A program made the translations under genes and the position numbers. Positions 17,968 to 29,400 of a stretch of 64,000 nucleotides of DNA are shown here, in pieces (position 1 is the stretch's first letter; each line of letters begins with the position of its first letter). The notes under the pieces are model-generated. The model ran no database searches, was not told the DNA's origin, and worked only from the letters and a program-made list of their open reading frames with translations. Source of the DNA: Anaerolineae bacterium. Lineage in GTDB: Bacteria; Chloroflexota; Anaerolineae; B4-G1; DUEL01. The stretch covers positions 11,394-75,393 of the forward strand of contig JAFGEI010000148.1 of the NCBI GenBank assembly GCA_016931695.1. Reading direction: 5' to 3'.

Positions 17968-19764
17968 ATGATGGACAAGATTGACCACGGACAACAAGTA
18001 GCGCACCGCTCGAGGCTGCCCTGGCGGCGGTGGTTTCAGGAACGGTGGCTCAACTGGCGGTGGTTGATCGTCGGCGCGTTGTGGTTGCTCGCTTTCGGGC
18101 TGGGATACGCCGGCTTTTCCGATTATTTTGCCCGTCTTGGCGAGAGTCGCTCGTCCCTCGACATCTTGTACCTCACCCTGCAGCTGTTCACCCTGGAATC
18201 CGGCGCCCTCTCTGGTCCCAGGGGCTGGGCACTGGAAGTTGCGCGCCTGCTGGCGCCGGCAGTCGCCGCCTATACCGCCTTCCAGGCGCTGAGCATCATC
18301 CTGGACGAGCAACTCGATCGCGTTCGCTTGCGACGTTTTCGCGATCACGTCGTGATCTGCGGCCTGGGGCGAAAGGGGTATCTGCTGGCCCAAGCGTTTC
18401 GCCGGCGGGGCGACGCGGTGGTCGTCATCGAGCTGGACGAGGATAACCCCTACATCGCGCCGTGTAAGGAGCATGGAGTCATCGTGTTGATCGGAGATGC
18501 GATGGACGACGCCATGCTCCACCAAGCGGGCGTTCCCCGGGCGGGCTATCTGATATCGGCCTGCGGCGCCGACGGCGACAGCGCCGACATTGCCGTTCGC
18601 GCTGCGGCAATGGTCAAGGATCAATCCACGAGGGTGCTGACCTGCATCTTGCACATTGTCGATCCACAGCTCTGCACGCTTCTCCGCGAGCGGGAAATCG
18701 CCGGCAACCAGTCCGAACGATTCCGGGTGAGCTTTTTCAACGTCTTTGACAGCGGCGCCCGCACCCTGCTGCGCGAGCACCCGCCGTTTGACCGCCCTGC
18801 TGGCGTCCCGGCGCATATTCTCGTCGTTGGCCTGGGACAGATGGGGGAAAACCTGGTCGTGCAGATTGCGCGGGAGTGGTACCTCCAGCGGCCGGATGCC
18901 GGCGAGCGGTTGCGGCTGACGATCGTCGATTGCGAGGCGGAGCGGAAGACGGAATCCCTCTTCCTGCGCTATCCGCAACTGGAGAAAAGCTGTGACCTGG
19001 TTGCCCACTCCATGGATGTCCGCTGGCCCGATTTCCAGCGGGCCGATTTTCTCTTTAACGCCGCAGGAGACTGTGACGTGTCGATCGCTTACGTCTGCTT
19101 TGACGACGATTCTCTGGGGTTGTCGGCGGCCCTGGTGCTGCGCCAGCGGACGCGGCAGGTGAGCATGCCCATCGTCGTGCGCATGGAGCAAGAGGCCGGA
19201 TTGGGCATGTTGCTGGGCGAGATGGACGACGGCGACGACGAATTTGAGAACTTGCGCGCCTTTGGGTTGCTGGATCGAACCTGCACGCCAGAATGGGTGC
19301 TCGGAGGGACGCGCGAGATGATTGCCCGCGCCATTCACCAGGATTATTTGCGGCGGCACGCCGCGGACCCGTCATTTGCCGACCCTGCCCGGGCGCCTTG
19401 GGAGCGGCTCTCGCCCCAGTACCAGGAATCGTGCCGCCGGCAGGCCGGTCATCTTGGCCACAAGCTCAAGGCTGTCGGCTGCGGCGTTGCCCCCCTGACC
19501 GATTGGGATGCCGAGCGGTTTGAGTTTACAGCGGGCGAGATCGAGCGTATGGCGCGGCTGGAGCACCAGCGCTGGATGGACGATCGTCTGCGCGACGGTT
19601 GGACCCTGGGCCCCCGCCGTCCAGAGAAAAAAACCAACCCTCACCTGGTATCATGGGAGCAGCTGCCGGAGGAGGTCAAGGACCTGAACCGGGATATGAT
19701 GCGCGGGCTGCCAACCTTTCTTGCCCGCGCTGGCCTGCAAATTTACCGTCTCACAGGAGTTTAG
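17968..19764 (+). CDS. membrane protein with RCK/TrkA-N NAD-binding domain and C-terminal RyR (ryanodine-receptor-type) domain
   Basis: Two N-terminal TM helices, VICGLGRKG Rossmann motif (TrkA-N), C-terminal HQRWMDDRLRDGWTLGP...NPHLVSWEQLPEEVKDLNRD matching the RyR domain consensus. Confidence 0.6.
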   Translation: MMDKIDHGQQVAHRSRLPWRRWFQERWLNWRWLIVGALWLLAFGLGYAGFSDYFARLGESRSSLDILYLTLQLFTLESGALSGPRGWALEVARLLAPAVAAYTAFQALSIILDEQLDRVRLRRFRDHVVICGLGRKGYLLAQAFRRRGDAVVVIELDEDNPYIAPCKEHGVIVLIGDAMDDAMLHQAGVPRAGYLISACGADGDSADIAVRAAAMVKDQSTRVLTCILHIVDPQLCTLLREREIAGNQSERFRVSFFNVFDSGARTLLREHPPFDRPAGVPAHILVVGLGQMGENLVVQIAREWYLQRPDAGERLRLTIVDCEAERKTESLFLRYPQLEKSCDLVAHSMDVRWPDFQRADFLFNAAGDCDVSIAYVCFDDDSLGLSAALVLRQRTRQVSMPIVVRMEQEAGLGMLLGEMDDGDDEFENLRAFGLLDRTCTPEWVLGGTREMIARAIHQDYLRRHAADPSFADPARAPWERLSPQYQESCRRQAGHLGHKLKAVGCGVAPLTDWDAERFEFTAGEIERMARLEHQRWMDDRLRDGWTLGPRRPEKKTNPHLVSWEQLPEEVKDLNRDMMRGLPTFLARAGLQIYRLTGV

Positions 19765-19765
19765 G

Positions 19766-20275
19766 ATGGAATACCAACCCCAGCCCCCGCGTGGGCGACC
19801 CGTTGCCAGTGATCCCTACTTTACGTTGATGGCTGACGAGCGCGGCATCGGATTTGTCCACTGCAGCGACGCCGTTCTTGTCGTGCCCCTGAGCGGCGAG
19901 GGCCAGGTGTTGTTGATGTCAGAGTACTCGCCCGCCTTTGGCGGCGAGGTGCTGGTTCTGCCTGGCGGTGAAATCGAGGCCGGCGAAGCGCTGGCAGAAA
20001 CGGCGAACCGCGAACTGCAAGAAGAGCTGGGCTGGCGCGCCGGGCGCCTCGATTTCATGGGCGAGCTGCGGCCATTCAAATATCTTGCCGCACGGCAGTT
20101 TGTCTTTCTGGCCCGCGACCTGTCACCGAGCCGGCTGCCGGGCGATGAACGGCACCCGATCACCGTCCGCCCGGTTGCACTCGACCGCTTCACCGACCTG
20201 TGCGCCAACGGTGAGTTGTATGATGCCAGCGCGATCGCCGCCTTGTTCCTGGTCCAGAGATATGTGGCGGCCTGA
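19766..20275 (+). CDS. NUDIX hydrolase
   Basis: Nudix box GGEIEAGEALAETANRELQEELGW. Confidence 0.75.
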   Translation: MEYQPQPPRGRPVASDPYFTLMADERGIGFVHCSDAVLVVPLSGEGQVLLMSEYSPAFGGEVLVLPGGEIEAGEALAETANRELQEELGWRAGRLDFMGELRPFKYLAARQFVFLARDLSPSRLPGDERHPITVRPVALDRFTDLCANGELYDASAIAALFLVQRYVAA

Positions 20276-20282
20276 GGAAAAG

Positions 20283-20310
20283 TTGACTTTTTGACTGGCT
20301 GGTATACAAT
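20283..20310 (+). promoter_or_regulatory. putative promoter for the adenylate cyclase gene (TTGACT ... TGgTATACAAT extended -10)
   Basis: AT-rich patch directly upstream of the TTG start at 20335; spacer to the -35 is non-optimal. Confidence 0.3.
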
Positions 20311-20334
20311 CGCAAAAGAAGGGGGGGGCTATCA

Positions 20335-22158
20335 TTGCTCAAGCAACTGGAACGACTGCAACGCACGATACGACTCGGCCTGCGGCTGAAACTGACCCTG
20401 CCTTACGTGGCTCTCGCCCTCGCAGTTGCCGTGGTGGGCGCCTATTTCGCTTCCCGCTTGATCTTTGATTCGCTGCAAGATCGCTTTGTCTACCAACTGC
20501 AGAGCTCGGGACGCCTGGTCAGTGAAGCCGTCGTCGAGATCGAAAACGAACAGCTGGATACCTTGCGGGCCATTGCGCACACGGCCGGGGTCGCCGAGGC
20601 GGTTGCGGCCGGCGACGCCGGAACACTGCGCGCGATTGTCCTTCCACTGAGCGTCAACCGCCGGGCGGACCTGGTGGATGTGCTGGATACCGGGGGCCAG
20701 GCAGTGTTGTCCCTGGCGCGCTCTGGCAGCACGTCCTTCGAGTATGACGTGAGCCAGGGGGCTGGCGTCTATGCCGATTGGCCCGTCGTGCAGCGGGTTT
20801 TGGCTGGCGAGTCGGACGAATTGGGGGACAAGTTCGTCGCCCTGGCCGAGTCGCCATGGGGGCCTGCCCTCTACATTGCTGGCCCCATCTACCTGCGCCA
20901 GGAGCTTGTCGGGGTCGCCCTGGTGGGCATCCGGCTCGACCAGCTGGTCCAGCAACTGCTGCTGGCGACCGGCTCCTACGTCACCATCTACGATCCAGAG
21001 GGCGCAGTTTTGACCTCGGCTCTCCCGGATGGCGACGCTGACGAACGGGCACTCACCCCGGACTTTTACCGCCACGTCCAGCAGGTTCAGGACGATACCA
21101 TGCCGACCCGCTCGTTTTCCGTGGGCGAGGTCGAGTACGGCGAGGTTTTTGGCCCCTTTGAAGCCCGCGGCGGCGAGGACCTGGCGCTTTTCTCGGCCGC
21201 CTTGGAGCCCAACATCATCGTGCGCGCCAGCCCCATTACCCAGGCCGGGCTGGCTGTCGTCGTCGCCGTGCTGTTCTTGTTCGTCATCTTGATCGGTACA
21301 ATGCTGGCCCGTTCCATTACCCGCCACCTCTTGTCTCTCGTCCACGCCTCGCAGCGGGTTGCCCAAGGCGACCTGAGTCCCGACGTCCGCGTGCGGACCG
21401 GGGACGAGGTGGAAGAGCTGGCAACCTCGTTCAACGAGATGGTCCGCCAGCTGCGCGAGGCCAGCCGCATGCAGGACATTTTTGGCCGTACGGTCTCACC
21501 GCAGGTGGCGGAAGAACTGCTGCGCAAGGGACTCGAGTTGGGCGGCGAGACGCGCGAGGTCACGGTGCTCTTTTCCGACATCCGGGGTTTCAGTACCATT
21601 TCCGAGTACCAGAGCCCGCAGGAGATTGTGGCCTGGATCAACGAGTACATGACCGAGATGGAGCTGGCGATTCGCGGCTGGGGTGGGGTGATCACCCGCT
21701 TTGTCGGCGATGCGATTGTGGCGACCTTTAATGCCCCGGGCGAACAGCCGGACCATCCCCACCGGGCGGTCCGCGCTGCACTGGCCATGTGCAGCCGGCT
21801 GGACAACCTGAATCGGTTGCGCGCTGACCGCGGCGATGCCCCCATCTGCCATGGCATTGGCATCGGCACGGGCAGGGCGGTTGCCGGCCGCATCGGCTCG
21901 CCGGACCGGGCGGAGTATACCGTCATTGGCGATGCGGTGAATGTCGCCTCTCGCCTTCAGGATCTGACCAAGCAATACCAGGATCAGGGTATGTCAATTC
22001 TCGCCCCGAGCGCTACCGTTGAACGGCTGGAACAGAGGGACGATCTCGACATTTCTGACCTGGGCGAGGTCCAGGTCAAGGGGCGGGAGCAGCCGGTCCG
22101 GGTCTATGGCATCTCTTCCAAGGACGGTGGCGGTGGACGTGCAGGAAAAGCGCACTAG
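20335..22158 (+). CDS. class III adenylate/guanylate cyclase with N-terminal membrane-anchored sensor region and HAMP domain
   Basis: TTG start after GAAGGGGGGG; two TM segments flanking an extracytoplasmic domain; HAMP ([17 protein letters not shown]); cyclase motifs [23 protein letters not shown]. Confidence 0.8.
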   Translation: MLKQLERLQRTIRLGLRLKLTLPYVALALAVAVVGAYFASRLIFDSLQDRFVYQLQSSGRLVSEAVVEIENEQLDTLRAIAHTAGVAEAVAAGDAGTLRAIVLPLSVNRRADLVDVLDTGGQAVLSLARSGSTSFEYDVSQGAGVYADWPVVQRVLAGESDELGDKFVALAESPWGPALYIAGPIYLRQELVGVALVGIRLDQLVQQLLLATGSYVTIYDPEGAVLTSALPDGDADERALTPDFYRHVQQVQDDTMPTRSFSVGEVEYGEVFGPFEARGGEDLALFSAALEPNIIVRASPITQAGLAVVVAVLFLFVILIGTMLARSITRHLLSLVHASQRVAQGDLSPDVRVRTGDEVEELATSFNEMVRQLREASRMQDIFGRTVSPQVAEELLRKGLELGGETREVTVLFSDIRGFSTISEYQSPQEIVAWINEYMTEMELAIRGWGGVITRFVGDAIVATFNAPGEQPDHPHRAVRAALAMCSRLDNLNRLRADRGDAPICHGIGIGTGRAVAGRIGSPDRAEYTVIGDAVNVASRLQDLTKQYQDQGMSILAPSATVERLEQRDDLDISDLGEVQVKGREQPVRVYGISSKDGGGGRAGKAH

Positions 22159-22162
22159 AAGG

Positions 22163-23302
22163 GTGTGGCTGCCCTTGCTTACCCTTTTGATCCTGCTGCT
22201 TGTTATTCTCTGTATCTTTGGCGCAGTATGGCGCGGATTTGCCGGCGACCTGGCAGAGGCGTATCCTGGTAGCCTGCGCGCGGCGCGGCAAGCGGATTAT
22301 GGGGTTGATCCCTATGCTATCGCGCTGGCCCCCTTGAACCCATCCCTGATCCGCGATGTGATCGAGGACGAATCACCCGTCGATGCACCGGCCATGGAGG
22401 CCACAATGACCGCCGTTTGGGCTGCGCCGGTACCTAGCGTCACCCCCGATCTTGCTCTTCCCTGGCCCACCTCAGCGCCCTCTTCGCCCACTCCTCGCCC
22501 CAGCCCCACGGCGACGCGGACGCCGACCGCGACTCCAACGCCGACGCCCACCGCGACTCCCACGGCAACCCCCACCCCGACGCCCACGGCAACCCTTCCT
22601 CCGCTGCCTACTTTTACCGCCACTCCCATCGTTCCGACGCTCCCGCCGCTTCCTACCGCGCCGCCGCCGGAAACCCGGACGCCATCTCCCACCCCGTCCC
22701 CCACGGCGACGGCTACTCCTACCCCGACGCCGACGCATACCCCGACGCCCACGGCAACCCATACTCCCACACCCACGCCGACCGCGACGTTTACCCCGAC
22801 GCCCATCCCGCTGTACGATTATTCCGATGGGCGGGCTGCTGCCGGTTCCAATTTCGTGACGGTTTACTCTCCCCGTTCGCTGCCGGTGTCGGCCCGGCTT
22901 GGCCCCGGCGTCGATGTCGAGGCCGCGGCGGATTGGGAGGACGGGTTTGACGATGGCATCACCGTGAACGGGCAGCCGCTGGACGGCGCTGTGCTGACGC
23001 GCGGTCAGGATTACCTGTTTACGGTGAACGTTCAATGTAGCCAAAACGGGGCCCAGTTCCGCTTGTGGGCAGACTGGGATGGCGCAGGGGCTGGCGGCCC
23101 GTCGTCGCTGTATTACGTCAGCTATATCCTCTGCAATTCCAGCCACACGTTTCAAATCGTGGTTCCGAACAGCGCTGCGTCCGAGGTCTTTTTGCGGGCC
23201 TATGGCACGTATTATATTACCGACCTGGGGGAGGGGGATTGGGCCAGCAACGAGGACTTGGGGGAAGTGGAGGACTATTGGGTACAGACGACTGCCCCGT
23301 GA
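22163..23302 (+). CDS. membrane-anchored surface protein with Pro/Thr-rich linker and C-terminal GEVED domain
   Basis: In-frame GTG at 22163 just after the cyclase stop (the track ORF starts earlier at 22019); signal-anchor [22 protein letters not shown]; about 100 aa of PT repeats; C-terminal LGEVEDYWV motif. Confidence 0.55.
   Translation: MWLPLLTLLILLLVILCIFGAVWRGFAGDLAEAYPGSLRAARQADYGVDPYAIALAPLNPSLIRDVIEDESPVDAPAMEATMTAVWAAPVPSVTPDLALPWPTSAPSSPTPRPSPTATRTPTATPTPTPTATPTATPTPTPTATLPPLPTFTATPIVPTLPPLPTAPPPETRTPSPTPSPTATATPTPTPTHTPTPTATHTPTPTPTATFTPTPIPLYDYSDGRAAAGSNFVTVYSPRSLPVSARLGPGVDVEAAADWEDGFDDGITVNGQPLDGAVLTRGQDYLFTVNVQCSQNGAQFRLWADWDGAGAGGPSSLYYVSYILCNSSHTFQIVVPNSAASEVFLRAYGTYYITDLGEGDWASNEDLGEVEDYWVQTTAP
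22480..22815 (+). repeat. imperfect tandem ACN/CCN codon repeats encoding the Pro/Thr linker
   Basis: Reiterated ccgacgcc/acgcccac units; the antisense strand yields a spurious GVGVGV ORF. Confidence 0.7.
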
Positions 23303-23413
23303 CGTGCAACTCGCCAGGCCTCCATCCTTCTACTCTCTGCGCTGGGGAAAAGTATCCGCGTGTATTCGAAAGCTGGCTCAGGCGTACGTTTTGCCTGTAG
23401 GGGGATAGAGAAG

Positions 23414-26400
23414 ATGAACGCGCGTAGGCTGGCCGGTTTGTTTGTTATCTTGGCTGCATTGCTCGGTTTTTTGCCTGTCACCGATGCGGCCTTTGTGGCG
23501 GTTTCCCCGACTCCCGCTGGAGAGGCGCCCGCGGCACAGATCGACGTGAATTGCACGCTGCTGGACGACCCTCACACCCGGGGTATGATGTCGTTTGCCC
23601 TGGAACAAAAGCTCTTACTGCTCTGTGGCCGCTTGCAAGATTCGCCTCGGGGCGGCACCGCTGCCCCGGTTGCGGATGGCGAGATACTGCGCTCTGACGA
23701 CGTTCTGGTCAACGACCCGGCGGGCGACGTCGGCTTGTCCACCACCCAGAGCGGCACGACGATCGCCGTCAATCCTGACACCGGCGTGGTCTGCTCCGCC
23801 TATAACGACTCGCAGCACTGGGCCGAAGGCAATGTTTCCTTCACTGGCTTTAGCCGCTCTGTCGATGGCGGGGCGAGTTTTGTCGACCGCGGGCCCTTCC
23901 CGATTGGGGATGGCGGCAGCAGCATGGGCCTTCCCAGTCTCTCCTGGCGGGACGCGGATGGCTATTTCTACTATTTGTCGCTCCACACCAGCGGCCTGGG
24001 GCTCTGGCGCTCTACCGACGACTGCAACACGTTTTCTTTCTATAACGTGATTCACGTCGGCCCGTATGACGACAAGGCGATGATGGTCGTCGACAACAAC
24101 CTTGCTTCCCCTTACTATGGCCGGTTCTATGTCGCGTGGACCGATTTCAGCGACGGGCGCATCTATCTCATCTATTCCGACGATGGGATTGCCTGGTCTC
24201 CCCCGCTTGCTCTGAGCGTGATTGGCGCGGACGTGCAGGGGGCGTGGCCGGCGGTGGCGCCGAATGGCGACGTTTACGTCGCCTGGCTGCGCTGGAATCC
24301 CTACCCCAACGGGCCAATCGCCGTCGAGATGGTATCTTCTGCCGACGGCGGGAACAGCTTTTCGTTTGCTTCTTCCCCGATGGTGGGCCAGGTCAACCCC
24401 CGCGATAGCTTTGCCACTGCCCTGTGTGGTCGCCCTGCCCTCAACGGCGAAATCCGCTACGCGCCGTTCCCCCAAATTGCCATTGGGCCCGACGGCTGTA
24501 TCCACGCCGTCTATTCTTACGACCCTGACGGGTTCAACTTTGGCGACGTGGTCAACGTCTATTACCGCCGCTCGTGCGACGGCGGGATGAGCTGGTCCGC
24601 CGAATTGCAGTTGAACCAGGACGAGACTGGGACCGACCAGTGGTCGCCGACGATCAGCGTAGGGCCGACCAACACCGTCGCTGCCACCTGGTACGACCGG
24701 CGGCAGGACTCGCTCGGCAACTGGTGGTTCGATTACTATGGCGCCTTTTCCGGCGATGGCGGGATGACCTGGCTGAGCGATATCCGGATCACGGACGATT
24801 CGTCGCCCGTGGCGCCCCTGTTGCCCAACTTTGACCCGCTCGTCCTGAACTGTTACCACGGCGATTATGACCAGCAAGTGCAGGCAGTCGATTCGATCTA
24901 TGTTCAGTGGTCCAATGACGTCAATGTGCAGAACTTGCACGCCGATCCTGACGCCTGGTTTGCGCGATACTCCCTCGCGCCGGATTTTACTCTCGAGGTG
25001 GAGCCCGACTATCACGACGTCTGCAAGCCCGATCAGGTGTTCTCGACGATCAGCGTCGGCTCTTTTAACGGTTATGACGAGCCGGTGACGCTGAGCGAAA
25101 GCAGCTTGCCGACCGGCGTGAACGCTTCGTTTAGCGACAACCCGGTTTTTCCTCTGCCCGGCCTCTCGATCTATACGCTCGACGTCAGCGCGACGACGGC
25201 CGAAGGTCTCTATACCGTGGTGATCAGCGGTACAAGCCTTTCTCTCACCCACCGGGTGACGCTCACCCTGGCCGTGAACAGCGTCATCCCCAGCTCGGCG
25301 ACCATGCTCACCCCAGTGGATGGCGCAAGCGAGCTTCCCCTGGTCGGCATCGTTTTTGATTGGGCTGCGCTGCCCGAAGCGACGGCCTACCGCTTCCAGC
25401 TGGACGACGACCCCGCTTTTGGCTCGCCCGAGGTCGATGCGGTGGACGTTCGCGCCAGCGAATACTACGTCTTTGGCCCATTTGCACCCCTGACGACCCA
25501 TTACTGGCGTGTCAGCGCGTCCAACGGTTGTGGAGAGGGCCCCTTTTCCGCCCCCTTTTCCTTTACCACTCAAGCGGCGGCTTGCATCCTGATGGTGGAC
25601 GACGACCAGGATTTGCCGGACGTGCAAGCCTACTATGTCGGCGCCTTGCAAAACCTGGGCTATACCTACGACGTGTGGGATACGAGCACGATGGGCGACC
25701 CGCCGCTGGCCCACTTGTCGGGTTATCCCCACGTCATCTGGGCCACGGGCTACCCCTGGGTCGATACGCTCAATGCGGCGAACGAGGCGGCCCTGGCCGG
25801 CTACCTGGACGGCGGGGGGAATCTCTTTCTCTCCAGCGAGGATTATCTTTTTGAAGCTGGACTGTCGCCTTTTGCCCAGCACTACCTGGGGCTCGCCAGT
25901 TACGCCAATGACGTCAACTATACCGATCCGGTGGGGAACGCCGGCGCACCGATCGGCGATGGCCTGGGCCCGTACGTGCTGGTGCCTCCCGCGGGGTGGC
26001 CGGGCAATTTTTACACGGACGAGGTGGCAGGGGCGCAGCCCGCCCCCTTCCGCTGGCTGGCTGCCGGCACGGATAACTCGACGACCTTGATCAGCGATAC
26101 TTACAAGACTGCCTTTTTGGCCTGGCCACTGGAGGGGCTGGCCGACCTGGCCGCGCGCACCGAGGTCCTTTCGGAGACGATCGCCTGGTTTGGCGGCTGC
26201 AGCGCGTCGGGCTACCTGGCGGGCTATGTGCGGGACGGGGAGATGGGAGGGGCGAATCCCCCCTGCACCACGGCGGTGGTCTATGTGGAGCCGCTCGGGC
26301 GGGAGGTGCCGGTCAATATGGCGACCGGTTACTATCACGCCAGCTTGCTGCCCGGCAATTACGTCGTCGAGGCGACTGCGCCTGGCCATTCTTGGGAGAG

Positions 26401-29400
26401 CGCTGGCGTGACGGTCGTCGATGGCGTGACGACTACCCAGGATTTTGAGCTGTGGCGCCCGTGGATCGAGATCACACCGACCGGGTTTGTCTCTGTCACC
26501 GTCCCCATGGGGCCGCCGGTGGTTGGGACGTTGTGGATCACCAACTATGGTCACCTGCCCCTCGATTATTCCATCTGGGAGCTGCCCTGGGGCGGCGCGT
26601 TGTTGTCCGACCGCCCGCTGCCCGCGATCACGACGCTGCGCCAGGAACGGGACGGCGCCGCGGTGGTCGAACCGCAGCTCCTGGCGGAAATCGCCGCGGC
26701 GGGAGAGAGCGACTTTTTTGTCTGGCTGGTGGAAAGGGCGGACCTGAGCCCGGCCCACGACCTGGCGACCAAGGAGCAAAAGGGCTGGTACGTCTTTACC
26801 GCCCTGACCGCGGTCGCCGAGCGCACCCAGGCACCGCTGCGCCAGTATCTCGACCGGCAGGGCGTGGCGTACGAGCCCTTTTACATCGCCAACAAGGTCC
26901 TGGTGCGCGGCGGCGACGAGACGCTGTTGCTCAACCTCGCCAGCCGCCCGGACGTCCTGCGCATCACCGCGAATCACATCTACCATCTCGACCCCTCGCT
27001 CCTCGGCGGGGTTCCCGACCAAGGGCCGCAGCCGGACGCTGTCGAGCCCAACATTGCCTTTATCCGGGCCGACCAGGCCTGGGCGTTGGGCTATGATGGA
27101 ACCGGTACGGTGATGGGCAACAACGACACCGGCATCGACGAGACCCATCCGGCCCTGGCCTCTCACTACCGCGGCTGCCTCGATCCGCCGGCTTGCTCCA
27201 TTTGGGACCACAACTATAGTTGGTGGGACGCGACTGGCACCTATCCGGTCAATCCCAACGACGGTCTGGGCCACGGCACGTATACCACGGGCGTGATGGT
27301 CGGTGACGACGGCGGGGTGAACCAGATTGGCGTTGCCCCGGGCGCGCGAACGATCCATTGCAAGGCCTTGGACGACAGCGGCGGCGGGAGTGATGTGACT
27401 CTCACCGAGTGTTTCCAGTGGGACCTGGCGCCGTGGAACTTGAGCGGGGACAACCCGAATCCCTTGCTGTCTCCCGATGCACTCAACAATTCCTGGGGGT
27501 ATATGAACGGGGGCGCGCCGCAGTTCAAGGACGAGATCCAGGCCCTGCACGCGGCGGGTATCCTGGTCGAGGTTGCGTCGGGCGTCGAGGGGCCCAGCTG
27601 CGCCACGCTGCGCTCGCCAGCCGATTATTGGGAGCCGCTGACCACTGGCTCGGTCGACCCTTCGACCGGCTATCCGGGCACCATCAGCGCGTTCAGCAGC
27701 CGCGGCCCTTCGATGATGGATTCGACCTATTGGTTTCCCGACGTCGTGGCCCCGGGAGAGAACATTCGCTCCAGCTGGCTTGGCGGCGGCTACAACTCGA
27801 TGAGCGGCACGTCGGCCTCCGGCCCCCACGCCACGGCCCTCGTCGCCCTTTGCTGGGATGCCGCGCCGCTGCTGCGCGGCCATGTGGAAGAGACGATTCA
27901 CGTCATCACCAGCACGGTCACTCCGCTGACCGGGCAGTTTGGCTCTAACTGCGGCGGCGACTATACCACCGGCCCCAACCACGACTGGGGCTGGGGCAGC
28001 GTCGACGCCTTGGCGCTGGCCCAGGAGTGCTTTGCTCGCGGCGGGCTGGCCGACCTGCCGTGGGTCTGGACGAACCCGGTATCTGGCGCCGTCCCTGGCC
28101 CGGGCCTGCAGCCGGTCGACGTCACTGTCTGGTGCACCGAGACCGGTGAGCTGAGCGGGACGTTGGGGATCGCGCACAACGACCCCTGCCGCGAGCCGGT
28201 CGCCGTGCCGCTGTGGATTCACTGCGTTTGTGCCCATGGAGTGAACGTGACACCGGCGATGGACGCGCGGGCGGGAGAACCCGGCGCGACGGTGGTCTAT
28301 ACGCTGACCGTGGTCAACAGCGGCACCTGCACGGATACGTTTGACCTTACGCTGAGCGGCCATTCCTGGCCGACTATCGCCCCGACCACCGTGGGGCCAC
28401 TGGCGCCGGGGGCCGGCGACAGCCTGGGCGTGGTGGTAGAGATTCCGGTGGATGCTTTGTGTGGCGAGTGGGACGAGGCGGTCGTCACGGTCGCTTCCCA
28501 CTTTGAGCCGGGGGTCGCAGTCAGCAGCGTACTGACCACGTCGGCCGGTGCGGTTTATAGCGTCACCCTCGACCAGCCGGCAGACCTCCGCTGGGGCGAC
28601 CCCGGCAGCGACGTACATTACTTTTTGATCGTCACCAACAGCGGCAACTGTACTGACACCGTCAACATTTCGGCCGCTGCAACGTGGCCAACGGCGGTGG
28701 TGCCGGCTGTCGGGCCGTTGGCTCCCGGCGCCAGCGCCGGGGTGGACATCACGGTGACGGTGCCCGCCGATGCCCAGTGCGGCGAGTGGGACGAAGCCAC
28801 GGTTACTTTTGCCTCTCAGGCGGATGGTTCCATATCGACCAGCAGCCTGTTGACCACGCTGGCAAACGCGGTGGCAGGCGTGGCGGTCGTCCCCCCGGCG
28901 GACAGCCAGGGCGGCGACCCCGGCGCGACGGTGACCTACGCCCTGGCGCTGACCAACACCGGCAATTGCAGCGATACGTTTGCCATTGTCGTGAGCGGCA
29001 ATCTCTGGCCGACCGCCGCGCCGCCTGCTGTCGGGCCGCTGCAGGCGCAGGAAGCGCATCTTGTCGGGGTCACAGTGACCATCCCCGGCGACGCTCTGCC
29101 CTACGAATTTGACGTTGCCGTGGTCACGTTTTCCTCGAGCCAGGGCGGCAAGGGCGCCTATGTTACCAGTACGCTGACGACGACCGTCAATTGCGAGGCA
29201 GTGTCCGGCGCCGATTTTGTCTACACGCCGTCGCTGCCCTTGGCCGGGGAGACAGTGGTCTTTACCGGCGTGGTCGCGGCGGGAACGTCCCCGCTGACCT
29301 ACACCTGGGATTTTGGCGATGGCGCGACGGGTATGGGGGCGGTTGTCAGCCACAGCTACGAGCTCAGTGGAACGTTTTACGTGGTCGTGACCGCTACCAA

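Noticed and set aside
22480-22815. Periodic repeat region considered as a possible CRISPR-like or minisatellite array
   Set aside because: Units are short, imperfect, in-frame codon repeats inside an ORF encoding a PT linker. They have no spacer/repeat architecture.
22312-22859. ORFs encoding GVGVGV and RRRRPR repeats
   Set aside because: These are alternative-frame and antisense readings of the ACN/CCN tandem codon repeats that encode the Pro/Thr linker of the GEVED protein.
23615-29353. 1912-aa minus-strand ORF spanning most of the giant protein gene
   Set aside because: It is the antisense shadow of a high-GC coding region. The plus strand carries a coherent signal peptide plus BNR, S8 and PKD motifs. 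The minus frame is Arg/Gly/Ala/Pro-rich with no motifs and no start or RBS context.
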